A DNA stretch of 58,745 nucleotides, filler included, from 3 parts of 3 records of this genome joined end to end with filler, not necessarily neighbours in it, one strand, 5' to 3'. Counted from the whole stretch's first letter, positions 17,847 through 27,715 are shown. A program made the numbers and translations. The notes: generated from the sequence alone by a model not told the origin.

Positions 17847-19202
17847 ATGACTGATAGAAGTCCCCTATGGGTCGCACCTCGGACCGGGAATGACTGGATC
17901 TGTGAAGATACGAAGCGTGGCGTCGAATGGCTGAAGTCGTTCGTTCCTGAAGCGGAAATGAACAGCCGTCTCGACAAGTGCCGCGAAACCTACAAGAAAA
18001 ACAGAGAGCAGTGGGAAGATGGATTTGACGTCGAGCTGTTTGATCCAAGTGATCAAATTGCCTGGCACATTTTTCAATCCCAAACTTATTCAGAAGGCCG
18101 TGAATTTTGGATCCCAGATGAATCTGCCAGGATTGTCCCCTACATCCAGAAAATCGGGAAGGATCTTAGCCATCTTAAAGAGGTGACAGGCGTCGAGAAA
18201 CGTGCGCATCGCCTGATGACATCGGAGAGAAGGCAACCTGAAGGAGGAATTTACGAGCTGCTTGTTGCTTCGGCCTACAAGCGGCATGGGTGGTCCAAGG
18301 TTGATTTTGTGGACGAAACGCCAGGACGCGGGCGGACACCTGATCTTCATGTGGCCAAGCCCGGTACGCAGTGGGCGGCTGAGTGCAAGCGGATTCTGCG
18401 TTCCAGCTATGCAACCACGGAAGATAAGCTGGGTAAGGCAATGGCGGCAAAGGTGCATGCCTTGAGCGAAGAAGAGGGACAGTCTTTTGTCGTTGATGTC
18501 CGCTTTCACGAGGAATTGAAGGATTATCCGGAGAACTATCTCGCTGACCGAATAAAGCCACTTTTGCCTGTGCGTGGCATGGTCGAGGATCGGAACGAGC
18601 GCGCTGATATCCGCCTCCGCTCGGTGGAGTGGGGATTGGTTCGTTCTGTCATGCGGACTGACTTCATCTATGTCGGATCAACCAGGATGATGGAGCTCAT
18701 CGGTGGAGTGCATGAACACGCAGCATCACACTCGATGAATGTCAAATGCCGCCGCGCGCCCTCCAAACCATCCTATGCCGACGAAATTTATCGCGCATCC
18801 CTGGTAAACTGGGTCAGCTTGTCTGCTGAAGCACAAAGACGAAAAGCGGCCCATTTCAAAAAGAAAGTTTTTAAAGCAGAAGGTCAACTGCCAAGTGATC
18901 GTCCAGGTGTCATACACATCGGAATGGAAAGCCTTGCACACCAAGGCGTGGATCGATTGCGTCACTACCATAATTTCAAAGAAGCCAGGAAGTTCTCAAA
19001 TTCTTCATCCAGGCTCCGGTGGGTCTACGGAAACTACTTCCAGGTAGAGGTCACTACGCGATCGGACGAGTCGTTGGCTATGGAAGAAACAATGGCACCT
19101 TATCCGGTTGGAATACATCGGACGAAGGAACCGTTATTTGGGCACCTGCTTGTTGCTGATGATGGTTTTGCCAGAGCAGGTGCCCATTGGGATTTCAGTT
19201 AG
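17847..19202 (+). CDS. Hypothetical protein with PD-(D/E)XK restriction-nuclease-like motif
   Basis: 451 aa with YELLVA...RTPDLHV.......AAECKR (E...PD...ExK). Confidence 0.75.
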   Translation: MTDRSPLWVAPRTGNDWICEDTKRGVEWLKSFVPEAEMNSRLDKCRETYKKNREQWEDGFDVELFDPSDQIAWHIFQSQTYSEGREFWIPDESARIVPYIQKIGKDLSHLKEVTGVEKRAHRLMTSERRQPEGGIYELLVASAYKRHGWSKVDFVDETPGRGRTPDLHVAKPGTQWAAECKRILRSSYATTEDKLGKAMAAKVHALSEEEGQSFVVDVRFHEELKDYPENYLADRIKPLLPVRGMVEDRNERADIRLRSVEWGLVRSVMRTDFIYVGSTRMMELIGGVHEHAASHSMNVKCRRAPSKPSYADEIYRASLVNWVSLSAEAQRRKAAHFKKKVFKAEGQLPSDRPGVIHIGMESLAHQGVDRLRHYHNFKEARKFSNSSSRLRWVYGNYFQVEVTTRSDESLAMEETMAPYPVGIHRTKEPLFGHLLVADDGFARAGAHWDFS

Positions 19203-19219
19203 CTTTGTCTCTTGAATTG

Positions 19220-20254
19220 CTATTGTAGCAGATCCATCGCCTGATCTGCCAAACCTTCTCTATTTGCTTCCGCCGCATAATGCGTGACCATTTCCAAATC
19301 ACGGTGACCAGTAATCGACATTATCTCATGGGGGGTGCCACCTGCCTCCGCAATTCTCCTTGCAATTGCCTTCCGGAGGCCGTGACTGGAACAGTGAGGC
19401 AGCCCCGCATTGTCAAACCAACCACGGAAGCTGTTTACAAGGCCCTTCGCAGAGCGTTGTTTCCCATTCGAAAGTTGAAGAAATGTCTTGATACCGTTTG
19501 CTATGTCTCCCTCCAACTTTGCTGAAAGCTCTGGATGCAATGGGATGTCGATAACTACGCAGCCGCTGTTACAGGTTTTCTGGCGTTGGTATCGCAACCT
19601 TCCATCAGAGATGTTCTTCGGCCCCAACTGAACAGCATCCACAGCGGCTGCCCCTGTGAAAAGCATCAGCGTCATAGCGGTATGTGCGACACTGCCCTTC
19701 GGATGGTGTTCCAAAAAGGTATCAATTTCTGCTTCCGTCCAAGTGTGAATTGCCCTTTTCTGAACGGGATATCTCTTAATGCTGCGTGCAGGATTGTCTG
19801 AGCGCCATTCCAGATCGAGCGCTAATTCCAGCAGGCCGATCAAAAGCCCTCTTAGAACGTTGGCAGTAGTGGGAGTTTCTCGTTTCGCATCGAGTATTGC
19901 TCTGATATGAACGCGGCGAATTTTCTTAACTGAATTAGTGCCGTGTTCAGCTAAAAAATCGTCGAGCATCCGACGTCGTTTTGATTTCGTGGCTGTGGAC
20001 ATATTGGCGAACGCCGCTGACTGATAGTATGTTTTTGCGAGGTTGTTGAAGCTGTATCGGGTTTCCGACTTTGAGTTGCTACCTTTTTGCCCTGCCACAG
20101 CGGCTTCGAAACGCTTTCGGAAATTTTCCGAACCGTAGTCGGCTCCAAGCTCGAATGAGGCACCGTTTTTTCTGTATCGCCAACGGCGCTTTCCATGGCG
20201 ATCCAAATATGAAGAAATTCCAGGAAATTGCCTCTGGGTTTTCCTGCTCCTCAT
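19220..20254 (-). CDS. Tyrosine recombinase/integrase, paralogue of 5867..6913; first catalytic Arg replaced by Ala
   Basis: DRHGKRRWRYR N-terminus, HTWT, HGLRKA, TGH and HYA. Reads TGAAAVD where the paralogue has TGAARVD. Confidence 0.9.
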   Translation of the reverse strand: MRSRKTQRQFPGISSYLDRHGKRRWRYRKNGASFELGADYGSENFRKRFEAAVAGQKGSNSKSETRYSFNNLAKTYYQSAAFANMSTATKSKRRRMLDDFLAEHGTNSVKKIRRVHIRAILDAKRETPTTANVLRGLLIGLLELALDLEWRSDNPARSIKRYPVQKRAIHTWTEAEIDTFLEHHPKGSVAHTAMTLMLFTGAAAVDAVQLGPKNISDGRLRYQRQKTCNSGCVVIDIPLHPELSAKLEGDIANGIKTFLQLSNGKQRSAKGLVNSFRGWFDNAGLPHCSSHGLRKAIARRIAEAGGTPHEIMSITGHRDLEMVTHYAAEANREGLADQAMDLLQ

Positions 20255-20514
20255 GACATGGTACTCGAGCTTGAAGACATTATTTTTCCTGTAGCATCGG
20301 AAAAAAGATCTCCCATCGGGTTCGCCAAGTCGGAAAAAGCTCTATGTATCAAAAGGACCCGAAATCCCTTTAGGTGTAGCTGTCCTACCCGTGGCCCACA
20401 CATCACACGCGCATACGGTGACCACACGCCGCTGCGCGTGGCGGGGGATCTTGCGATGTGTGTCGTCGGCCTGCACCGTTCTTGGCAGGACGCAGGCCTA
20501 GGCGGATGTCGGCG

Positions 20515-21663
20515 TTATCCGACGAGTTCGGCCAACACCCCGGTAAGCATGTCATCGCAGGCTGCCAGTTGTTGGAGCGTGACAAATTCGTCAGGCTTGT
20601 GCCCCTGTCCCGCCATTGATCCCGGCCCACATACGACAGTTGGGATGCCGAGCTGCTCGAACACCCCTGCCTCGGTTCCAAAGGCGACTTTGGTGGTATC
20701 GGTCTGCGCGAGCCGCTGTGCCAGCGCCGCGATCTCGGTCGTGTTTGCCACGTCCAGACCGGGGTAGGCATTGTATCGCTCTAGCACGATCTGGGCGCCC
20801 GCGAATTGATCGCGATATGCGGTTTCGACCCGGGCGGCGGCAGCGCGGATTTTGTCAAAGATCTGATCCGAAGGGTCAGCGGCCAGATGGCGATATTCAA
20901 ATGTCATTTCGGCGTGATCGGGGACGATGTTCAGGGCCACACCGCCAGACAGCTTGCCGATGTGGACCGTTGAATAAGGCACATCATAGGCTGGGTCCTG
21001 TGCTCCGCTCTTGGCGAATTCGGCCTGCAAGCCGCGCAGTTCCATCATGAAATCCCCCGCCAGATGCAGCGCGTTCACAAAGCTGGGTGCCAAGGCGGAA
21101 TGGCCGTTTTGCCCAACAAAGGTGGCGCGCAGGGCGGCTTTGCCCTTGTGCCCAATCGCGACCTGCATTTCGGTGGGTTCGCCGACAAAACAAGCGCGGG
21201 GCTCGCCTATGCAGGCCTTGAGCGGGTCGAACATGCGTTGAATGCCGACACAACCGATTTCCTCGTCATAGGAAAACACCAGTTTCAGCGGCTCTTTCAA
21301 GTCGTATTGCGCGGCTCTGTCTGCGGCGGTCAGCATACAGGCGAGGTAGCCCTTCATATCCGTGGTGCCACGCCCATACAGTCGCCCTTGGTCCTGCGTT
21401 AGCTTAAAGGCATCGCGGGTCCAGGCCTGCCCAGTGGTGGGCACAACGTCGGTGTGCCCTGACAAGACAATGCCGCGCCCGGCGGGGCCACGCTCTGCAA
21501 CCAATCCCGCCTTGTCCCCGTTTGGGTCCATCAGGCGGGTGGTTTGAAAGCCGCGCTGGGTCAGATAGCTGTCGATGAAATCAATCATGTCGAGGTTGGA
21601 GTTTGCGCTGACCGTGTCAAACGCGATCAGTTTTTCCAGGACTTCAACAGTCTGTGTCATCAT
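20515..21663 (-). CDS. argE: M20 family acetylornithine deacetylase-like amidohydrolase (HinG-like)
   Basis: SGHTDVV, GRGTTDMKG, DEEIGC, GEPT and HKPDE metal-binding motifs. The symbol is a family-level assignment. Confidence 0.9.
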   Translation of the reverse strand: MMTQTVEVLEKLIAFDTVSANSNLDMIDFIDSYLTQRGFQTTRLMDPNGDKAGLVAERGPAGRGIVLSGHTDVVPTTGQAWTRDAFKLTQDQGRLYGRGTTDMKGYLACMLTAADRAAQYDLKEPLKLVFSYDEEIGCVGIQRMFDPLKACIGEPRACFVGEPTEMQVAIGHKGKAALRATFVGQNGHSALAPSFVNALHLAGDFMMELRGLQAEFAKSGAQDPAYDVPYSTVHIGKLSGGVALNIVPDHAEMTFEYRHLAADPSDQIFDKIRAAAARVETAYRDQFAGAQIVLERYNAYPGLDVANTTEIAALAQRLAQTDTTKVAFGTEAGVFEQLGIPTVVCGPGSMAGQGHKPDEFVTLQQLAACDDMLTGVLAELVG

Positions 21664-21701
21664 CGTTTCCAGTATTCTTGCGCGCGTTGGGAAGGTGGGG
21701 A

Positions 21702-22628
21702 TTAGCCGCCAAATCCGGGCAGACCGTCCTGTGCATTGCGGGTTTTGCAGTGTTCGACAAAGGCGCGTACCACGTTGGTACGATCTGCATCATTGGACAT
21801 CAGCAACCCCATCCGCATTGAGCGCGTGCCACCAACCAAGGGGATGAATTTAAGCTGTTTTCCATCAGGGGATTGGTCGTTTCGAGGCCGCACATTGGCG
21901 ATCGAATAGCCAAACCCATTGGCAACCAACCCGCGCATCACCGCCATGTCGCGGGTGCGTTCGGCGATGTTGGGTTTGACCTCGGTATTGGCAAAGAACG
22001 ACAGGAAATAGTCAGAGCTGAACGGCAGGTCGAGCAAGACCATCGGGTGATTGCCCAGCGCCTCGACCGACACCTCGGGGAGCTCGGCCAAAGGATGGGT
22101 TTCGTTGACGATCACAAAGGGGGGCAATTGTAAGAGCGGCACAAATTTCAGATCCGAGGGCAATTCCAAATCATAGGTCAGGGCGACATCGATATCGGCG
22201 CGGCGCAGATAGCTGAAGATCTCGGATTGGTTCAATTCGAACTGGGTGGTGCGGACATCTGGAAACTCGGTTTCAAAGCCGCGCCGCAGGGCGGGCAACA
22301 GCACCTGAGCAAAGGTCACAAGACAGCCGATGGCCAAGGGGCCGCGCACGGATCCGGAAATATCACCGGCCAGATCGGTCAGCTGCTCGGCCTCTTTCAG
22401 AACCGTTTTCGCCTGCACCATCATCTGACGGCCCGCGAGGGTCAGCGACAGGCCCTGCGCGTGTTGGCGCACGAACAAGGGCAGTCCGAATTCCTGCTCA
22501 AGCTGCGCAATCGCGGCTGAAATGGAGGGAGACGAAACATTCACCCGATCCGCAGCAAGCGTGATCGTGCCCGCCTCGCCGACGGCTACGAAATATTCCA
22601 ACTGTCTGAGTGTAAATCTAAGTGGCAT
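21702..22628 (-). CDS. LysR family transcriptional regulator (HinK-like)
   Basis: TLRQLEYFVAV...SISAAIAQLE..FG..LFVRQHAQGLSLT HTH; 308 aa. Confidence 0.93.
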   Translation of the reverse strand: MPLRFTLRQLEYFVAVGEAGTITLAADRVNVSSPSISAAIAQLEQEFGLPLFVRQHAQGLSLTLAGRQMMVQAKTVLKEAEQLTDLAGDISGSVRGPLAIGCLVTFAQVLLPALRRGFETEFPDVRTTQFELNQSEIFSYLRRADIDVALTYDLELPSDLKFVPLLQLPPFVIVNETHPLAELPEVSVEALGNHPMVLLDLPFSSDYFLSFFANTEVKPNIAERTRDMAVMRGLVANGFGYSIANVRPRNDQSPDGKQLKFIPLVGGTRSMRMGLLMSNDADRTNVVRAFVEHCKTRNAQDGLPGFGG

Positions 22629-22695
22629 ATGCCCTTTATCCTCTGCGCGCGCCCTTATCGCAAGAGCACGCGCATGGGTTTGGTGAGCGGATTTG

Positions 22696-23829
22696 TTATT
22701 CCGCGGCTTCTACCTGTGGGCCGCCGGCGGCTTCCATCTGGGCCAGCCAGATCTGGAAATCGCGGATTGTACCTTCGTAATCGTCGGCGGCGAGAGGGCC
22801 AGCTTGGGCGTGGTTCGATTTCAGGGCGACCTGCATCTTTTCCAGCTTTTCGCGGTCTTCGCGGTTGACCTCTTCCCACAGTTTGATGCGCCCTTGGATG
22901 GTTTCATCATCCAATTGATCGCCATAGGTCGACATCGTCCATTTCACGCGGATCAGATCGGCGCCCAGTGGGAAGATCGAGATCGATACCAGTAGAGTTG
23001 CCGCCTGACTGGCGACCTGTGTTGGAAAGATCGAGAACAGGGTCGAGCGCATCTGCTCGGTCTCGCTGAGGCCCGGCGCGCCCATCCCGCGTGAGGGGAT
23101 GTCTTGCGGGTAGTTGGCGCAGTACGAGGTGAACCCGCCCCCTGCAGGGCCTTTGCGGGCCAATCCGGTGGGGGTGTAGTCATGCAGCGTCTTGGGGTGC
23201 ACCACGGAGAGGTGATACCCTTCCATGAAGTTTTCGACCAAGCATTTCCAGTTGGTGTGCCAGTTTTCCTCGGCCACGTGCACAAGGCGGAAGGTTTCAG
23301 TTTCATAAGCGGACAGCAGCGTGTCCAGCTCGGGGTGGTCAAACGGAGCGGCCTGATCATCGAGGTTCACGTAGATGAAACCGTTCCAGAATTGGGTGTT
23401 GAACCCATAGAGGCGGCAGTTGTCGGTCTTGAACCCGGCATTTTCCATCCGCGCCGCCCGCAACAGGCCCCCATCGCGGCCATAGGCCCAGGCATGGTAG
23501 GTGCAGACAAAGCGTTTCACATTGCCACGACCCTCGGCCAGAGGCATGCCTCGGTGGCGGCAGACGTTGGCGAGCACGCGCACTTGGTCATCATCACCGC
23601 GTACAATGATCATTGGTTCGTTCAGAACTTGCGCGGTAAAAAAGTCGCCCGGTTCGGGCACTTCGTCCACGCGCCCCAAGCAATGCCAGCCTTGGCGCAG
23701 TACATTGGCGCTTTCGTGTTCGAACCATTTGGGGTCCGTGTAAAAGCGCCCGGGCATGCCCATTGGACGATCTGCGGGCAATGCTGCCAGTTCCTGCAAA
23801 GTTCGGCTGATTTCTGCGACATCCGTCAT
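22696..23829 (-). CDS. Rieske non-heme iron oxygenase alpha subunit (betaine/choline-type subgroup)
   Basis: CRH...CTYH Rieske motif and ENFMEGYH....H...ED mononuclear Fe site. Confidence 0.92.
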   Translation of the reverse strand: MTDVAEISRTLQELAALPADRPMGMPGRFYTDPKWFEHESANVLRQGWHCLGRVDEVPEPGDFFTAQVLNEPMIIVRGDDDQVRVLANVCRHRGMPLAEGRGNVKRFVCTYHAWAYGRDGGLLRAARMENAGFKTDNCRLYGFNTQFWNGFIYVNLDDQAAPFDHPELDTLLSAYETETFRLVHVAEENWHTNWKCLVENFMEGYHLSVVHPKTLHDYTPTGLARKGPAGGGFTSYCANYPQDIPSRGMGAPGLSETEQMRSTLFSIFPTQVASQAATLLVSISIFPLGADLIRVKWTMSTYGDQLDDETIQGRIKLWEEVNREDREKLEKMQVALKSNHAQAGPLAADDYEGTIRDFQIWLAQMEAAGGPQVEAAE

Positions 23830-23881
23830 AATAGGTTCCTCCCTGATAAGCGGTTTTGCATGCGTTTTGGTGCCGGGCGTA

Positions 23882-24556
23882 TTATTCGTCGCCCGGAACC
23901 CCGTAAGATGGTGCCTCGCGCGGATCGAGCGCGCGTTGGACGTAAGCCTCGAGCTGAGGTTGATAGACCTCCCAAGCGGTGGCGATGGCCTCGATTGGGC
24001 AGTCTTCGGTCCAGTCGCAGCGCAATTCGGCGACCGGCCAGCTGTGTTTGTCGACCATCAACAGACCGGCGGAATGGATCGGGCCCGCTTCGCCGCCTGC
24101 GGCCAGACCGGCGCGCATGGCTGCGATCAGGCGGTCGCCCAGATGGCCGGTTGCGGTTTCAAACCCTGTGACGATGGCCTGACAGATGCCGTCGTTGGCC
24201 AACAGGTTCCCGCCCGAGGCCACATCGCGCCCCTGCGCCTGCGTCCAGATCCCCAGTGAATTCGGACCCGAATGGATCGCGGTTTCACCCTGCGCATCCA
24301 CGGCCAGAACCTGACGGTATTCGATGAATTTGCCGCGCGCCTGCACCTCGGCGATGGCCTCGGAAGCCGAGGCACCGCCCTCCATCAAGTCCAGAGCCAA
24401 GGGGCCCAATGTCGGATCTGTTATATTTTGCGACGACACGGCCCCGACGCCAGCACGGGCAAACGCACAGCGTGCAGCGACCGCCGGAGAAGACGAGGAA
24501 ATCGCCATTCCGAACATGCCTGTTTCAGCGCACCGTGCCACCAACGAAAAGGTCAT
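23882..24556 (-). CDS. DUF1028 family Ntn-hydrolase-like protein (HinH-like)
   Basis: MTFSLVARC...SSSPAVAARC..ARAGVGAV.SQN.TDP.LG signature. Confidence 0.9.
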   Translation of the reverse strand: MTFSLVARCAETGMFGMAISSSSPAVAARCAFARAGVGAVSSQNITDPTLGPLALDLMEGGASASEAIAEVQARGKFIEYRQVLAVDAQGETAIHSGPNSLGIWTQAQGRDVASGGNLLANDGICQAIVTGFETATGHLGDRLIAAMRAGLAAGGEAGPIHSAGLLMVDKHSWPVAELRCDWTEDCPIEAIATAWEVYQPQLEAYVQRALDPREAPSYGVPGDE

Positions 24557-24650
24557 ATCTTATCTCCCTGCCCACGCCTGTTGGCGCAGGCCCTGTTTTA
24601 CCTGATCACAATAGTCTTTTGGGGAAGTGGGGCCGCTGGCCCCCTAGGTC

Positions 24651-25067
24651 TTAGTCCGGAATTACGGCTGTGCCGTCGATCTCAACCAGCCAGTCGGGGC
24701 GGGCCAAAGCTTGGACGACAAGGCCAGTAGACACCGGGTGCACCCCTTTGATGTATTCGCCCATAGTTCGATAAACATCCTCGCGGTGGCGCACGTCTGT
24801 AATATAAACGACAACTTTGACCAAATGTTCCATTGATCCGCCGCATTCTTCGATCAGCTGCTTAATATTCTGCATCACCTTGTGGGTTTGCTCGACCGGA
24901 TCATGGCTGTCGATGTTCACCGCGTCGTCCAGATTCTGTGGGCATTGGCCGCGCAGATAGACCGTCTTGCCGCCCGTGGTGATCACGGCCTGACACAGGT
25001 CGTTGTCGAGCTTTTGTTCGGGATAGGTGTCAGAGGTGTTGAACTTGCGAATGCGGGTGTGTGCCAT
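24651..25067 (-). CDS. RidA/YjgF family protein (HinL-like)
   Basis: HTRIRKFNT..TYPEQ.LDNDLCQAV N-terminus and LARPDWLVEID C-terminus. Confidence 0.92.
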   Translation of the reverse strand: MAHTRIRKFNTSDTYPEQKLDNDLCQAVITTGGKTVYLRGQCPQNLDDAVNIDSHDPVEQTHKVMQNIKQLIEECGGSMEHLVKVVVYITDVRHREDVYRTMGEYIKGVHPVSTGLVVQALARPDWLVEIDGTAVIPD

Positions 25068-25259
25068 TGGGGGCTCCTTCGGGTCCGGCAGGTCAGTCTG
25101 TGCCTGATGCGGGGTGGCAGATGTGCCGGTTTGAGGATGGGGTTACAAAATTTTCGGGGCAGCTCTTGGCGATCCGAGCGTTGTGCGCCGATGGATCGCC
25201 AAGGTCTATGTGCACTGTATGGCCTTTTGCGGGGCTTACAGTTTCAGGCAAAGAGCGCG

Positions 25260-26085
25260 TTAGGCGGTCTGTTTGCCAGCATCGATACGAGCCATCAGAT
25301 ATTGCGCGAAATCGTAATTCGGGCGTTCCAGATGGCTGAGATGGCCGGGTTCTGCCAAGTTGGAGCTGAGCCCTTTGAACACCTTTTCGGTGCAACCGCG
25401 ATCTTCGACGTTCACGTCATCCAACAGGGATTTGAGCGCGTTGAAATTTTCCTGAGCGTCTGGATCATCGGCATAGTCATCGGACATGCCGCCACCAAAC
25501 CGGATGTGGACCTGACCGGGGCCTTTGGGATGCAAGCTGAGATACCAGAAATATCCGGGCGTCAGGGTGATCAGCAGGCTGGGATAGAGCGCCAACAGGA
25601 ATGTTGTACGACGTTCATCCCCCTTGAGGCGATCATTTGACGGATGCGCCATCGCAATGCGGAGCTGATCATCCTTCAGGATGGTGTGGTAGTTGAACGC
25701 GGGCAGACCGGGAGGGCAAACCATTTCTTCGAGCTTGCTAAGACCGCCGATAGTGCCAGCGTGGCACACCGGCAAGTGATAGCTTTCCATGAAGTTTTCG
25801 GCCAGCACCTTCCAGTTGGTGTCCCAGACGTGTTCCTCAAAGAAGGCTTCGGTGTAGTTGGTCATGTCGTAGCCGGCGACCATCTCTTCGACCTGTTTGA
25901 GCTGGTCAGAGACATCAGGGGCATCGGCGTTCAGTGAGATGAAGACCCAGCCGAGCCATTCCTGACAGCGCACCTTGGGCAACTTATAGTTATCTTTGCA
26001 GAACCCTTCGTTCAGGGTCATGGCGGGGGCGCCGCGCAGGCTGCCGTCAAGATTGTAGGTCCAGGCGTGATAGGGGCACACGATG
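25260..26085 (-). CDS. Second Rieske oxygenase alpha subunit (5'-truncated by contig end)
   Basis: CPYHAWTY, ENFMESYHLPVCH and NVEDR motifs. Confidence 0.88.
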
Positions 26086-26185
26086 NNNNNNNNNNNNNNN
26101 NNNNNNNNNNNNNNNNNNNNNNNNNNNNNTTAATTAATTAANNNNNNNNNNNNNNNNNNNNNNNNNNNNNNNNNNNNNNNNNNNN
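26086..26185. other. Artificial contig spacer (N run with TTAATTAATTAA six-frame stop linker at 26130-26141)
   Basis: Exactly 100 nt with the same design as 41299-41398. Confidence 0.97.
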
Positions 26186-26212
26186 GCCGCCGTCCCTGGC
26201 AGCGAAAGCGGA

Positions 26213-27712
26213 TCATTTCTGCAGCGAGAACCGGGTAATGCTTTCAATCGTCACGGTTGCGGGGTCCTCGGCCCCAACAGAGAGCGTGTAACCCCTGCCG
26301 ATACTTGCCGCGTCAGCAATGGTCAGCACGTTGAAAACAATGGTGCCATTGCGGATTGAGCCTTCGCCGGTAAGAGTCTGCAGTTGGTCCTGGGTAAACC
26401 CGGTGTCAGGATTTTGCAGCCGAAGAATGAACGTGATGTTCCCGGAGCCCTTGGTATAGCTCATCACCAGGCGCCATATATGCGCTTGTCCGGGAATTGG
26501 GTTCTCCAGGAACCGGTCTGTGTCGAATGCGTAGACATCGGCCTGGCCAGGCGTAGCGATATTGGCCGGCCAGCTGGTAACCGGTTCAGAGGAGAGCGCC
26601 AGTTCACCCTCGATGACATCCCCTGCGCCTGGAGCGGTGTCGAAGGCAATTGGAACAAAGACCACATTGCCACCTGCCGGTGCCGGTAGATTGAGCGTTA
26701 CCTGTGAGTAGGCCGGAGTGTCCGGATTGGGGTCGTCGTCAGGCAGGTAGCCATTGATCTTGACCTGCCCGGCGTTGCTGGTAATCGGGACCCAGTTGCT
26801 CCCGTTCCAGTATTTCATCGCCTGCGAGGTCGAGTCGTAGATCATCATACCTTCGATAGCTGATGCCACGTTGGCTTCGGGCAGGCGCGGCATCACGACG
26901 CCAGCAGACGTACTGCTGATCTCCAGTGGGACATCGGCGGTTGATCCTGTGGTGCCAATACTGACGTTACCGGATCTGAAAACACTCTCGCTGGCATCGT
27001 TGGCTGAGCCGTCTGTTGCCAGCCACGGGGTCGGCCCCTCTGCTCCAGTCGGCCCGGTAGGACCTGTTGCTCCGGTGGCACCTGTCGCACCTGTAGCTCC
27101 GTTCTGGCCGGCTATCCCATCGGCACCCGTGGCTCCCTGGGGGCCGGTCGGTCCCTGGGAACCGGTGGCACCCTGCGCGCCCGCGACGCCGGGAATTCCC
27201 GGCAATCCCTGCGCCCCTGCAGGGCCGGTGTCGCCCGTAGGACCTGTTGCTCCGGTGGGCCCGGTTGGTCCGGTCGGGCCGAGAGAGCCCGGGCCGCCGG
27301 CACCCGTGGGCCCCTGAATCCCCTGTGGACCCGTGGCGCCTGTAGCACCCGTTGCGCCGGCAGGTCCCGCTGGCCCCACCGCGCCGGTAGCACCTGTCGC
27401 TCCGGTTGGTCCGATATCCCCGGCCGGGCCCGTGGCACCGGTCGGTCCTGCAGTTCCGGAACCGGTGCCAGCCGCGCAGTTGGTAAGTTGTCCCGTGGAC
27501 CCCTCGTAGCACACGCTATTGGTGCTGTCGGGGGTGGACGTTATGTCGATCAGTCTCACCGGGCCGTGAATATTGACCGAGCCGCCTGGTGCCGGCTGGA
27601 TTTCCAGGTCTTGCGCCAGGGGCATCTCCGCCGCCAGTGCAGATGCAATGGCCAGAGCAAGCGCTGAACGCCGGAAATAGCTGGAGTCGGATACAGGGGA
27701 TTGGATTTTCAC
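26213..27712 (-). CDS. Secreted collagen-like fibre protein
   Basis: Signal peptide-like N-terminus, 47 Gly-X-Y triplets, then a GNVSIGT / GMMIYD...YWNG.NW trimeric-fibre-like segment and a globular C-terminus. Confidence 0.88.
   Translation of the reverse strand: MKIQSPVSDSSYFRRSALALAIASALAAEMPLAQDLEIQPAPGGSVNIHGPVRLIDITSTPDSTNSVCYEGSTGQLTNCAAGTGSGTAGPTGATGPAGDIGPTGATGATGAVGPAGPAGATGATGATGPQGIQGPTGAGGPGSLGPTGPTGPTGATGPTGDTGPAGAQGLPGIPGVAGAQGATGSQGPTGPQGATGADGIAGQNGATGATGATGATGPTGPTGAEGPTPWLATDGSANDASESVFRSGNVSIGTTGSTADVPLEISSTSAGVVMPRLPEANVASAIEGMMIYDSTSQAMKYWNGSNWVPITSNAGQVKINGYLPDDDPNPDTPAYSQVTLNLPAPAGGNVVFVPIAFDTAPGAGDVIEGELALSSEPVTSWPANIATPGQADVYAFDTDRFLENPIPGQAHIWRLVMSYTKGSGNITFILRLQNPDTGFTQDQLQTLTGEGSIRNGTIVFNVLTIADAASIGRGYTLSVGAEDPATVTIESITRFSLQK
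27029..27457 (-). repeat. Collagen Gly-X-Y coding repeat (18 + 29 triplets, one interruption)
   Basis: [12 protein letters not shown] triplets over residues 86-228. Confidence 0.9.
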
Positions 27713-27715
27713 AGA

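Larger units (their letters stand above)
5783..20350. mobile_element. Second tRNA-Ser-associated genomic island (defence island); right boundary approximate
   Basis: Starts at the displaced tRNA end. Paralogous tyrosine recombinases at both ends. Type I R-M cargo. Visibly more AT-rich than the metabolic genes from 20515. No right att repeat found. Confidence 0.75.

Noticed and set aside
20361-20370. GAAATCCCTT as right-hand att repeat of island 2
   Set aside because: Only a short partial match to the tRNA T-arm and lacks CGTCTCCGCCA. The boundary is left approximate.
26130-26141. TTAATTAATTAA as a biological motif (also 41343-41354)
   Set aside because: It is embedded in N runs and is a standard six-frame stop linker. 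The ORF 41351..42907 ends on this artefact.
27029-27457. Periodic repeats as a possible CRISPR or DNA tandem array
   Set aside because: The 9-nt periodicity is explained by Gly-X-Y codons. There is no constant repeat with unique spacers and no cas gene in the window.
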